The notes beneath the pieces are model-generated. The model made no database searches. It was not told where the DNA came from and saw only the letters and a list, made by a program, of their open reading frames with translations. A stretch of DNA of 64,000 nt from Eledone cirrhosa (taxonomy: Eukaryota). Of the stretch, positions 53,762 through 64,000 are shown piece after piece. The stretch lies in the NCBI GenBank assembly GCA_964016885.1, contig OZ024740.1:46934001-46998000 (forward strand), written 5' to 3'. A program made the position numbers and the translations under genes. How positions within the stretch are numbered: the stretch's first letter is position 1; every line of letters starts with the position of its first letter.

Positions 53762-55967
53762 TCATATATCCGTCGGGCTTCAGTAGTTTCTGCCTATCAA
53801 ATGTCACTCACAAGGTATTGCTCAACTCGAAGCAATAACAAAATACATTTGCCCAATCTGCTCCGAATATGGACTTAATGCGAAACCAAATAATTGAGAA
53901 TGGAGCTCCTTAACAGCCATGTGTGCGTCGATATATATGTTTATAGCATCGTACAGCTGTATAGGTAAATCACTAAAATGTCACGTTCTTCTAAAAGTAA
54001 ATACTAAATGAAGCCTAGAAAATAGCTAAAAGTTTACCCTTATCATATCGTATTTAAACTAAATAAGTAAAACTAAAAAAAAAGAGAGTAATATGATAAA
54101 ATAAAACCCTTCCCCTGTTAATAGTGCCTCTCAGTCTTTCACCTGAGACAAACTATCCACATCTGTTCTTCTATTTCTGCAGATTATACCCTGCAGCTGT
54201 TTGAAATACGTTAATTTGACTCTCCTCTACTTTCTATCCTAGGAGATTTAGCAGTAAATATTTTTAGTAAGACCTACTAGAGTAAGAAAAAAAAAATGTA
54301 TTCTGAAACAAAAATTTAAATGAAGAAACAAAATTGAAAGCTCGTATTTAGAATGAAATAAGTTGGGGTATTTGTTCCAGCTTTTTTACTTCTGAGTTCA
54401 AATACCATCGAGCTGAACTGTGACTCTCACCCTTCTAGATTTAATAAAATAGTGTACCTGTGTCGATTCCCATCCTAAATGTCTAGCCTTGTATCTGTAA
54501 GAAATTATCATTACTATTATTCTAAGCCTCAATGCTAACATATGCTTACACCACAAAATTCATATCATTTAAGAATGTAAAAAGAGAAAGGAAAAATCAC
54601 ATTGAAATTAGGAATAGAGAGATTCGACAGATAACAGGAATACTTGGTTATCATTAGAACAATCTTAATAAGTTAAACACTTTACTTTCATCCGTCCGTT
54701 ATCAATAATATACGTACTATGTGTTGGATTTTCATCGGTTTCTACGATGAGTATTCCAGTTGTTCGAACAACAGATCAGCCTGCTCGTGAAATTAACATG
54801 CAAGTGGCTGAGCATTCCACAGACACGTGCACCCCTTAACATAGTTCTTAGGGAGATTTAGCATAACACAGTATATGACAAGGCTGGCCCTTTGAATTAC
54901 AGATGTAGTCCATCCGATATACTTCCAACAGTTTCCGTCTACAGAATTTCCCTCACAAAATTTGGGTCAACACAAGGCTAAGGTAAATAATACTTGCCCA
55001 AGATGTCATGCAATGGAATCAAACCCGGGGCCTAATGATTGCAAAACGAACTTCTTAACCATTCGCCCATGCTGCGTCCACATCTCTGGCAATATGAAAC
55101 AAACCAAATGCTGTTTTATGAAATTATATTCCAAACTAACGTAAATATATCATTTAAATTTACAAACAAAATCATCTTCATAAAACAAATTAAATTATTT
55201 TGGTATATCTATTCTGGTTAAAGGTTTTCATTCACAAGAACACTAGGCACCGCCGAGAATCGAACTCCCGATCTTACGATCATGAGCTGATCACCCTAAT
55301 CACTAAGCATCGCATATTCAATAATGGTACAATTTAAGTCTTATAAAGGTCAATTTAATTGAATGGGTTTTCACCGAAATTTGTTTATTTTATTGATCTT
55401 ATAAATTATTAGTATTTATCTATTTCAACTATTCACATGTGCGCTCGCAACATGGCCGAATGTTTAAGAGGCTCACTTTGCAATGATAAGTCCTGGATTT
55501 GGCTTCACTGTGTGGCATCCTGGGCAAGTGTCATTTACCATGGCGTTGGGTCAACCCAAAATTTGTGAGTAAAATTGAAGAAACGGGAATTGTCAGGAAG
55601 CCCTCCGAATAGACTGTACCTGTAATCCAAACTATATCACGCTAAATCTTCCTGAAAATTGCGTGTCTGTGGAATGCTAAGTTACTTGCATTACTTTCAC
55701 GAGTATAGCTCTTTTGGTGATTGAACACATGGGATATCATCAACGAAACCAACGTAAATTTCGTTGTATGTTTGTAGTGTATAAGAACGATACACTATTG
55801 TCAGCTCTGTCGAAGCCATCTCAATATCTCTCTCTCTAGACGCTAACTCTGCCAGTTGCAGACTGCGCATCAACATGAGATATTTTTCTCCACAAAGTTC
55901 GATCACCAACAGCAGAGGTTAAACAGCAAAGGCCTAGTCCAGTCCATAAGTTGACATTATCAAGCCA

Positions 55968-57045
55968 TCATTTTGGCTGCCGACTTCTGCTTCTCTTACC
56001 AGCCAACTTTCCTTCTAGGCATAACTTACTCACACCACGAGTTGATCTTTTGATATGACCTGACAGTTTAAGCACTCTTGACCTGATAACCGATGTGCTT
56101 GGTCTAAACCTGGTGATGTTGAGCAGCCCACTGATACAGATACGGTCGCTGATGTGGTTCTGGAATGTAGAGAGCTTCTGAAGTGACTTTATCGTCCAAT
56201 TAACACAGTCAAGATCATATAACACAACTGGTAGGATGTAAGTATCAAAGATCTTAGCCTTCAAATGATAGGAAACTCGTTTTGATGTTAGTATTTCCTT
56301 GTTCTTGTTGAAAGCTGCCCAACCTAGAGCGATGCGATACTGTGCAGCAACCATTCCATTGTTGTTTGGTGATAGTTTGTGACCGAGATATACAAACTCC
56401 ATAACTTGGGCAATTTGCTGGTTGTAGATTGTGAGATTCACATTGTTTTTATCAGTTGTCATGCACTTTGTTTTGGAGATGTTGATATGTAAGCCAGCCT
56501 CTAGGGAATGTTTGGCCAGTACATTCAGAAAGTTTTGCAGAGGTACACTTTCCTTTTTATCTCCTGAATCTATGAAGTAAATACCAGACATGTGCTGAAT
56601 CATGTCCATCAACTATAGAGTAACTCATGATGGCCAGATCGTCTGCATAGCTAAGGTTTGATAGGATTTTACCTCCTATTTGATAGCCAGAGGAGCATTC
56701 TTCTTCAGTTTGGTAGATAAGTGCAGCTATAACTATACAGAAATGAAGTGCTGCTGGTACATCCCCCTGCTTAACTCCCTTCAAGATGTCTATACACTGT
56801 GTAGTTACCAAATCTGTTTTTTGATATATGCTATTGAGTTGGTGTACGTTTCTTTCAGTAGGTTGATGTATTTTTTGTTAATTGAAGTCTTATGTAAGAG
56901 TTGCTACAAGCTGGGTAGTTTCACCTTGTCAAAAGCCTTTGGGAAGTCAATGAAGGTGATATGCACAAGGTTGTTGAATTATATTGATTTTTCAATAATT
57001 TGTTCAATAGCTAGGATCTGCTCAATGGTGCCTTATTGCAAATTA
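55968..57045 (-). mobile_element. Decayed RTE-type LINE RT fragment, interrupted by a SINE piece at ~56543-56614
   Basis: KGVKQGD, LSYADD, EFVYLG, YILPVVLY, GKRSRSR. Confidence 0.75.
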
Positions 57046-57623
57046 TTTTTTTTCATGTTGTGGTGGAGGGACAGTAAATGCAGAGCTTTAGATTGTTTAC
57101 AATAGTTTGTTTCATACTTGTTTGTTGTGAGTTCAAATCTCACCGAAGTACACTTTCCTTTTTACCTCCTGAGTCTATGTGCTGAATCATGTCCATCAAC
57201 TGTATAGCTCCTATATAAATTTGAGGCAATATGCTAATAGGAAAAATCGCTACAAAACAATGAGTCCCAACTGGGAGACAGGCGCCGTAGTATAAGGCTA
57301 AGCTCACAGAGAACCGAGCTTAGGACTTCACTTTCGCCATTATTGCTCTTGGGACGTTATGAATTCCATACTTCCTATTTCCCTTACACTTAAAGGGTCA
57401 GTTATTATCTAAGAGCTTGAAATGTAGCGATACCTATTACAACATAAGTGTTAGGTTTCGTCAGCAGAAACAGAAAATACTTCCTCTCTGTATAATTACT
57501 AACCCTACAAAACATTCAAGTGCAAATCTCATTTGAATACTATTGACAGATCAAGACGATATTTCTAAGTTTATGAATGTTTGTGATAAAAGTATATATA
57601 ATGTAGTTTATAATAATATTAAT

Positions 57624-57792
57624 TGTTTCTACTTTTGGCACAAGGCCAGCAATTATCCCAGTGTATTACTGGTACTTTATTTTATCGACTCCGTAAAGAT
57701 GAAAGGCAAAGTTAACCTCGGCGGGATTTGAACTCAGACCATAAAGAGCCGTAACTCTTTGCTGCAAAGCATGGCGTCCGACGCTCTACCGG
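57624..57792 (-). mobile_element. tRNA-derived SINE with TSD
   Basis: TSD gtagtttataataatattaat at 57603-57623 and 57793-57813. Confidence 0.85.
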
Positions 57793-58585
57793 GTAGTTTA
57801 TAATAATATTAATAGTTTCTAGTTTTGACAGAAAGCTTCGGATTTTGTTTAGAAGATATAGTCAATTAAAACAACCGAAGCACATAAGGTGGCATTAATT
57901 GTATTGAACCACAAGTGAAAGGTCATAGATCACATGTAACCTATCCAGTTGATTGACAAAAAATTCACTCACCAACTCATTATAACAATGTAACAATGAA
58001 ACTAGGTTAACTATCTAAATAGGAGACATCATATATGTGTGGGATGTAAAATTAGCGATGCTATTTTACAACCTATAATTGAAGAAACTAAAAATATGCT
58101 ACACATGTGTTTCAGATTTAAGTGAGTCCTGTAGATAACAGTCACTACTGTAGAACAATAAGGGGAGCTCACAGCGAGCTGAGATTGCGATGCCCTTGAA
58201 ATTGTCACGGACGTGTTAATACACTTTTCCTCTTTCACAAAACACTAGGTTTTTGTGTCTAATGAAAAGCAGAAAAGATGGTGTATCGTTATGGAAATGT
58301 TACGTTCAACGCCAGCTGAGTTCAGAATCAGGTTTCAATTTTCAGGCCAATTTATTTATCGTGATAATGCCTTCAAAATGTATGTGCACGAATGTATCTA
58401 CACTTCTGCATAATCATGTGTGTGTTATATTTACTTCAACATGTATACATATAATTCTTTATAAGTCAAATTATTAGTGTATTCAGTTGTATTTGTGCCT
58501 CAATGCCTGTATACATGTGCATGTGCCAGATTGTCTATGTGATTACATATGCGTGTATGTATATATATATATATAGGTATATATA

Positions 58586-58742
58586 TGGCGGCGAAACGGG
58601 AGAGTCATTAGAATGTCTGATAGAATGCTCCGTGGAGTTTGTTCTGTCTCTCTGCTATCTGAGTTCAAATCCTGCCGAGGTCAACTTTGCTTTTCATCAA
58701 TTCGAGGTCGATAAAAATGTACCAGTCTAGTAATGGGGATCG
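58586..58742 (+). mobile_element. tRNA-derived SINE
   Basis: ctgagttcaaatcctgccgaggtcaactttgcttttcat. Confidence 0.7.
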
Positions 58743-58877
58743 ATTCTTCATCTTTCTCACTGCCCCTCTCTCACTTTCTATCTTTCTCTGGAAGAAATCT
58801 GCTGTACTCAGGCCTGGAGAGGGATGGGCTCTGCCAGGCTTAAAATGCCCAAGAAACGCCTACAAGTTAAGGGACCA

Positions 58878-58936
<59 letters not shown>

Positions 58937-59337
58937 GGAGTGTCAATGCGTGTTTATATTCGTATAGAGTCAATGCACACGTGTGTGCTTCTGCATGCAC
59001 ATTTTTTTTTGCAAATGTACTTATCTACGTAACATTGTATATATGTGATTACCATTCATCCATTCATCTACATGTCTTTCGGGTTATATAATTGTTCGAC
59101 TGAACGTGGAAATGCATTTAAATATATAATATGCCACAGTCTATGTGTGACTCGCTAAGTACAATTTACCGCAAGTAATTAACTATAAAACTGATTCTCC
59201 AAGGGTATCCATTAGTATATAATTATAAAGATACAGGGGGTACTGTCATGTGGTCGTTCTACTTTCTATACGCGCGCGCGCACACAGACACACACACTCA
59301 GAGACACACCCTGACGTATATATTATATACTGCTATT

Positions 59338-59642
59338 CAGAGCCGGATTTAATGGGAGGCAAAGGGGACAAAGGGGGCAATTGCGACAGTCGCTAGTTGT
59401 ACCCCCTACAATAGGGGGTACGACTGGCGACTGTCGTAGCAATTTATTTGAGTCCTCAGCTGGGGTTTTTAGCTTTAGGGTGGTTAGAATTTTTGAATTT
59501 AATATCTGTATGTATAACATTTCAATTCCAATTAGTTGCGCCAAGTAACTGTGATATGTAAAATTGGGGTGTGGGGGGCTTGCCCGTGTATTCTATTTTT
59601 TTTGTGTATGAGGGCCCCCCCGAAGGTCTAAATCGAACCCTG
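59338..59642. mobile_element. hAT-type MITE
   Basis: Imperfect TIRs cagagccggattta / taaatcgaaccctg; 8-bp TSD ctgctatt / ctactatt (7 of 8 match). Confidence 0.7.
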
Positions 59643-61577
59643 CTACTATTAGCTTGTAGCTGATTTGTTGAACGTTTTTGTTTTCTCTATCCGATAGTTT
59701 TTGTTCTTGCTTCGCCTGAATTTTTCCCATTGTTTTGCCCATATTTCGGAGGGCAGTCCACCCTTACTTCTACCTACCCTCAGGTTCGTACGCTCATGCT
59801 TGGGTTGGGGATTCATTGAATCATTAGAACACGAAACAAAATACCTCAATATTCAGTTATGGCAAACTATGTTCTTAGATCGAATCCTGCAGAGATCAGT
59901 TTTGCTTTTCATTCTTTAAATATTCTTAAAATTTTCACTGTTAAAATATTCGGGTCGATTTAATATTCCGCTCAATAGAATATACTTCATGTGAATGTAA
60001 TTACAATAGAACATGAAGACTAAGACTTATATTGCTAATGGCTCTGGAAAAGAAACTACTTTCTATTATCTTGTTGCTATATCTCACATTTTATCCTCAT
60101 TTTGCTATATCTCATGCAAGGCAGTTGCTACCCACCAATAGGTGAATAATCATACTGACTTTAGAGAAAGGAAAATGAGTTTGCATGTAGTTAGTGACGT
60201 ATATAAATAATTACAAATGCGAATGTGAATTGAAAGTGTGCTACGAATTTAATTCGCCAGGAGCTCACCCGTCTTCTACGGCTCTTAATAACAAACAATT
60301 TTATATAATTATTAAAATAGTATTGATTCATAAAAACATGAAGAGAAAAGATAAATTTGAATGTACAGATTTACTATTTAGCATTTCTAATTAAAGACAA
60401 TATCAGTTTCCGACTTATGTCCACAATAATAAAGAACTTGAAAAATCTCTGAAGTACAATTACTAATGTGTACTGAGTAACAACGAGTAATATTCATTCG
60501 TTGTTTTGAAAGGTTCCCAGACAACTTGAATATCTTGTCAGGAAGAAACATTTATTAGCCATAATTCCCAGACTTGACACACATAAATGAATCAACTGAA
60601 ACATTATTTAAATGTATAACAGATTTATTTATATTGTGAGAAGTAATTTTACGCATGATTTCCACAGATAAATTATATTCACTGAATTAATTTTTCAGTT
60701 GTCTTCAACGAAACAGGAAGTGATTTATAATTTTAAAAATTCTATGATGTATAATTATTGCTAAATTATTTTAATATGTAACGATTATATGACAACCGTT
60801 TTACTAAACTATTTTACTGTATCTTGTTATGTATGTTACGACTGCCACGCAATTTCTTGCGTTTCTTGTAGGCGGTGATGAAAGAATCGATGGAAACAGG
60901 GCCGCGATGTAAATGGTCCTTGAAAGTGTTGTGAGCTCGATAGATTAAGGTCCGGAGGAAATTAATACATATTATTGCCACGAACTTATAATTTGATCCA
61001 AGTGCTAAGTCTATTGTGAAGCGGTTATGATTACAACAGAATAAGTTGATTTTGGATGCATGATTATATATTGCTATTGTTGTTCAACACCAGATCATTT
61101 CTGACTGAGCAGATTTGTAATTTAAGACGCTTCTGATGTGGCAAAATTGTTCTTTTTTTAAAGACGGCGAGGGATGATTAGAGAGAAAGGTTACTGCCAT
61201 TTCAAGCGGGTCGTAGACAACTTCAAGGCTCCCTTCAAATCCAACTTAAAATATTTACTTTAAATCACCATAAAAACGATAAAGGTATTTCTATCACGTA
61301 AAAGACGGTTGGAAATAGGGTTGGACATATTATTTATGGCCACTATCTATACTATCTGTAAATGTGGTTGACTTTAGTGCTAACGTCTCGTTATTTATAA
61401 AGATACTCCTACAACTGAAAATTACCGATGCAAAACCTTATACTGAATAAAGTAATTCATACCTTTCAACACTATGTTGGGCCCTGTAATTTAACCTTTA
61501 CCCCTTCGCGACCACAAATATGGGAGATATATTTCTGTAACGTTATAAGAACGAACTAGGAAGAACCAATATTTCAG

Positions 61578-61617
61578 ACACACACACACACACACGCGCG
61601 CGTGCACACGCACGCAC

Positions 61618-61691
<74 letters not shown>

Positions 61692-61702
61692 CCCCACACA
61701 CA

Positions 61703-61793
<91 letters not shown>
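61578..61793. repeat. (CA)n microsatellite
   Basis: Direct observation. Confidence 0.95.
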
Positions 61794-61797
<4 letters not shown>

Positions 61798-61892
61798 GTA
61801 TAAATATATAGAAGTGTGTGTGTAATCAGTTTGATTACCGCTATCCTGTTCTATGTATGCAATGCTCATATATAAATATTTCAAGGTGTGTT

Positions 61893-61942
<50 letters not shown>

Positions 61943-62056
61943 AAAGAATAGAGGTGTAACACACAAGTTATTATATATTGGTAAACGGAATAGAAAATGC
62001 TGACAAATTGTTCACAGTTGAAAAATGGTTTAATTAGGAATAAAAGAGTATTTTTA

Positions 62057-62089
<33 letters not shown>

Positions 62090-62090
<1 letters not shown>

Positions 62091-62240
62091 AAAAGTAAAC
62101 GGCAAAAAGCAAAGCGACAATACAGTACAGTGAAGATATATATATAAGTTTAACGAACATTTCGGATGCTGGTCTTTCATCAGAAGATAGAATGAGAAAT
62201 AAAACAAGAAATAAAAAGTTAGCAGGGACTGAGAAGAGGA
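62090..62240 (-). mobile_element. Short HHR-tail repeat related to 14850-15010
   Basis: Reverse complement reads tctt CTGATGA aagaccagcatcc GAAA tgt TC, with the tail ending in (TA)n. Confidence 0.5.
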
Positions 62241-62338
62241 AGAAACGAAAAACATTTTTTTGTAGAAAAAGCACGTGTGCATTCAATCAGCCAATGTTAG
62301 GAAATGTTTTGGGGAAACATATATATATATATATATAT

Positions 62339-62920
62339 AATTGAGATAAGCAGAGCAAGTAAGATTCAAACAATATTTTAAAATAAATTAAAAAATATAA
62401 TTTAAATATTTACCTATTCCATTTGCTTTTACCGACGGTTTCACCTTACAAAATATTGGAGATCCTAGGGACCTCCAATGGAAATGTTCGGATCATCAGA
62501 GAGCATTTTATCTACCTAGGACAACAGTCCCAGGAACGGCAAAATATATTGCCACCTGCCAGCTAGCACAGGATCGAATGAGGCCGTAAACTTGACCTGT
62601 GCATGAACCAGCCCTTAGTAGTAGCAGGAAGTAAACATAGACGCATTGTCTATCACGCCACTAAAAATACCAGCTAAATAAAACAACGGATTTGTTCTCT
62701 ACATAACGGAGAATATATATAAAAGTAAATGGAATAGGTAAATATTTAAATTATATTTTTTAATTTATTTTAAAAATTTGTTTGAATGTTACTTGCTCTG
62801 CTTATCTCAATTTTATAGTTCTAGTATGTCAAATGAATACCATGGAACAAGCATTGTATCATAGACACCCTATATATGTCCAGGGATACTTAGTACCTCT
62901 GGAGATATTGATCTCTTTTT
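62339..62920. mobile_element. Two-armed HHR element in (TA)n
   Basis: 62339-62430 is inverted at 62721-62811; HHR on the - strand at 62425-62504. Confidence 0.65.
62425..62504 (-). ncRNA. Type I hammerhead ribozyme with a long stem II
   Basis: gctct CTGATGA tcc..ggt GAAA ccgtcgg TA aaagc. Confidence 0.6.
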
Positions 62921-63215
62921 TATATATATATAAAAGCAAGTCGGTCTGTGTGTGTGTGTGTCGGTTTGTGTACAAATACTAGGCTCCTTTCAACTTTTGA
63001 AGTACTAGGCCGATTTCAACCAAATTTGGCACACATGTTGCTTATATGCCAGAGCAAGTTTTGGACAAAAATAATATTGGGGCCGAAAAATCGATTTTGT
63101 GTGTGTATCTGTCTGTGTACAAATACTAGGCTCCTTTTAACTTTTGAAGTACTAGGGCGTTACGGACAAACAGGCTGTCATTCATTTCCCGAGCAACGTC
63201 GGGTACATCTGCTAA
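62921..63215 (+). mobile_element. Non-autonomous Helitron-like element
   Basis: 5' tatatataaaagc, internal duplication, ccgatttcaaccaaatttggcaca, and 3' hairpin cccgagcaacgtcggg followed by gcta. Confidence 0.6.
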
Positions 63216-63312
63216 TATATATATATAGTTGTAGGGTTGCAAGGTAAATGCGTTCGTAGGCGGTATGCCGGTTGAGCACTCGATGCTCGCGCAGAGACGA
63301 TCTCACACACAA

Positions 63313-63408
63313 AACATATCTGAAGAACTTTCTATTGCAGAGTCAGGTTCGATCTGTAATAGATCTTGCCTCGAGCTGATCGGTAGAGAAACACATATGT
63401 AATATGTT
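63313..63408 (+). ncRNA. Type I hammerhead ribozyme in a ~225-bp (TA)n-flanked insert
   Basis: aacatat CTGAAGA ..tctattg..cggtaga GAAA cacatatg TA atatgtt; perfect 7-bp stem I. Confidence 0.68.
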
Positions 63409-63469
63409 AATAAATGTGATATGATGCAACACTGAATCCTCGTTCTTTATGATATATATATATATATTA

Positions 63470-63610
63470 AAACGTTTAGGACTCCGACGGCAGAGCTCAA
63501 GCCGTTGCGACGGCTATTCCTGGACTTTTTCCTATTACCCACTCTACTGCTCAAAGTATCGAGTACTCTGGTGCGTTATGGTCCACCTGGTTCCTTACCA
63601 CACTTCCTCC

Positions 63611-63612
<2 letters not shown>
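63470..63612. repeat. TAGCCGTCG family, copy 4
   Basis: Inverted arm ending cgacggcta, then a sense arm running to (TA)n. Confidence 0.7.
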
Positions 63613-63646
<34 letters not shown>

Positions 63647-63648
<2 letters not shown>

Positions 63649-64000
63649 GTAATAATAAGAAATTAGAAGACTAAAATCCAAAGAGGGCTCGATATGCCTC
63701 TCCAGTAACATTGTCTACAAATGTAAGGTTGAAACACCCACGTCCCGTAGGGCCTACAAATGGTTAACCGCCAATAGATTCAAGCAGCGTCTTTACATGC
63801 ATACCCATTCTTTTCGTTAACCTCTAAGAAGGAATATGACGTCACTTTCAGCTTATATCTGGAGTCTAAAAGACAACCACACCCAATATAAGTTACACTG
63901 GGAGATCCTAGCTAGGGCTAGATCGTGTAACGGAAATAAAAGACCATGTGACCTCTGCGCCGCTGAGGCCATGGAAATACTCTACGCCACAGACCACATC
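63647..64000 (+). mobile_element. 5'-truncated copy of the 29601-34860 PLE family with a short inverted arm; runs off the window
   Basis: 63647-63693 matches 32730-32776 (opposite sense). 63695-64000 encodes CLSSNIVYKCKV..HWEILARARS..CDLCAAEA. Confidence 0.85.

Noticed and set aside
56543-57201. Direct repeat atgtgctgaatcatgtccatcaact as a TSD
   Set aside because: Similarity extends further upstream and matches SINE body sequence, so it is a duplicated SINE fragment rather than a TSD.

Overview
Repeat-dense, AT-rich eukaryotic DNA with almost no host coding sequence. The SINE families and microsatellite load suggest a cephalopod such as Octopus (inference). Recognisable elements: two Penelope-like retroelements (PLE; RT plus GIY-YIG) with further fragments, a near full-length Tx1/L1-clade LINE with a 16-bp TSD plus truncated relatives, decayed RTE-type LINEs, a putative DNA-transposase remnant, Tc1/mariner- and hAT-type MITEs, a non-autonomous Helitron and many tRNA-derived SINEs. 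The main signal is a set of non-coding elements carrying minimal type-I hammerhead ribozyme (HHR) motifs, resembling retrozymes. The clearest is a 310-bp tandem array at 10579-12816 with 7 HHR motifs; other families lie near 20.1, 20.9, 35.2, 52.2, 62.4 and 63.3 kb. These elements and the PLEs share one architecture: they sit in (TA)n microsatellites as two oppositely oriented arms joined 5'-to-5', and the 3' ends usually stop at an internal TATA/ATAT microhomology with the target. This suggests a PLE-driven, (TA)n-targeted, double-primed mobilisation system for many ribozyme RNAs. All alignments and folds were done by eye, so boundaries are approximate.
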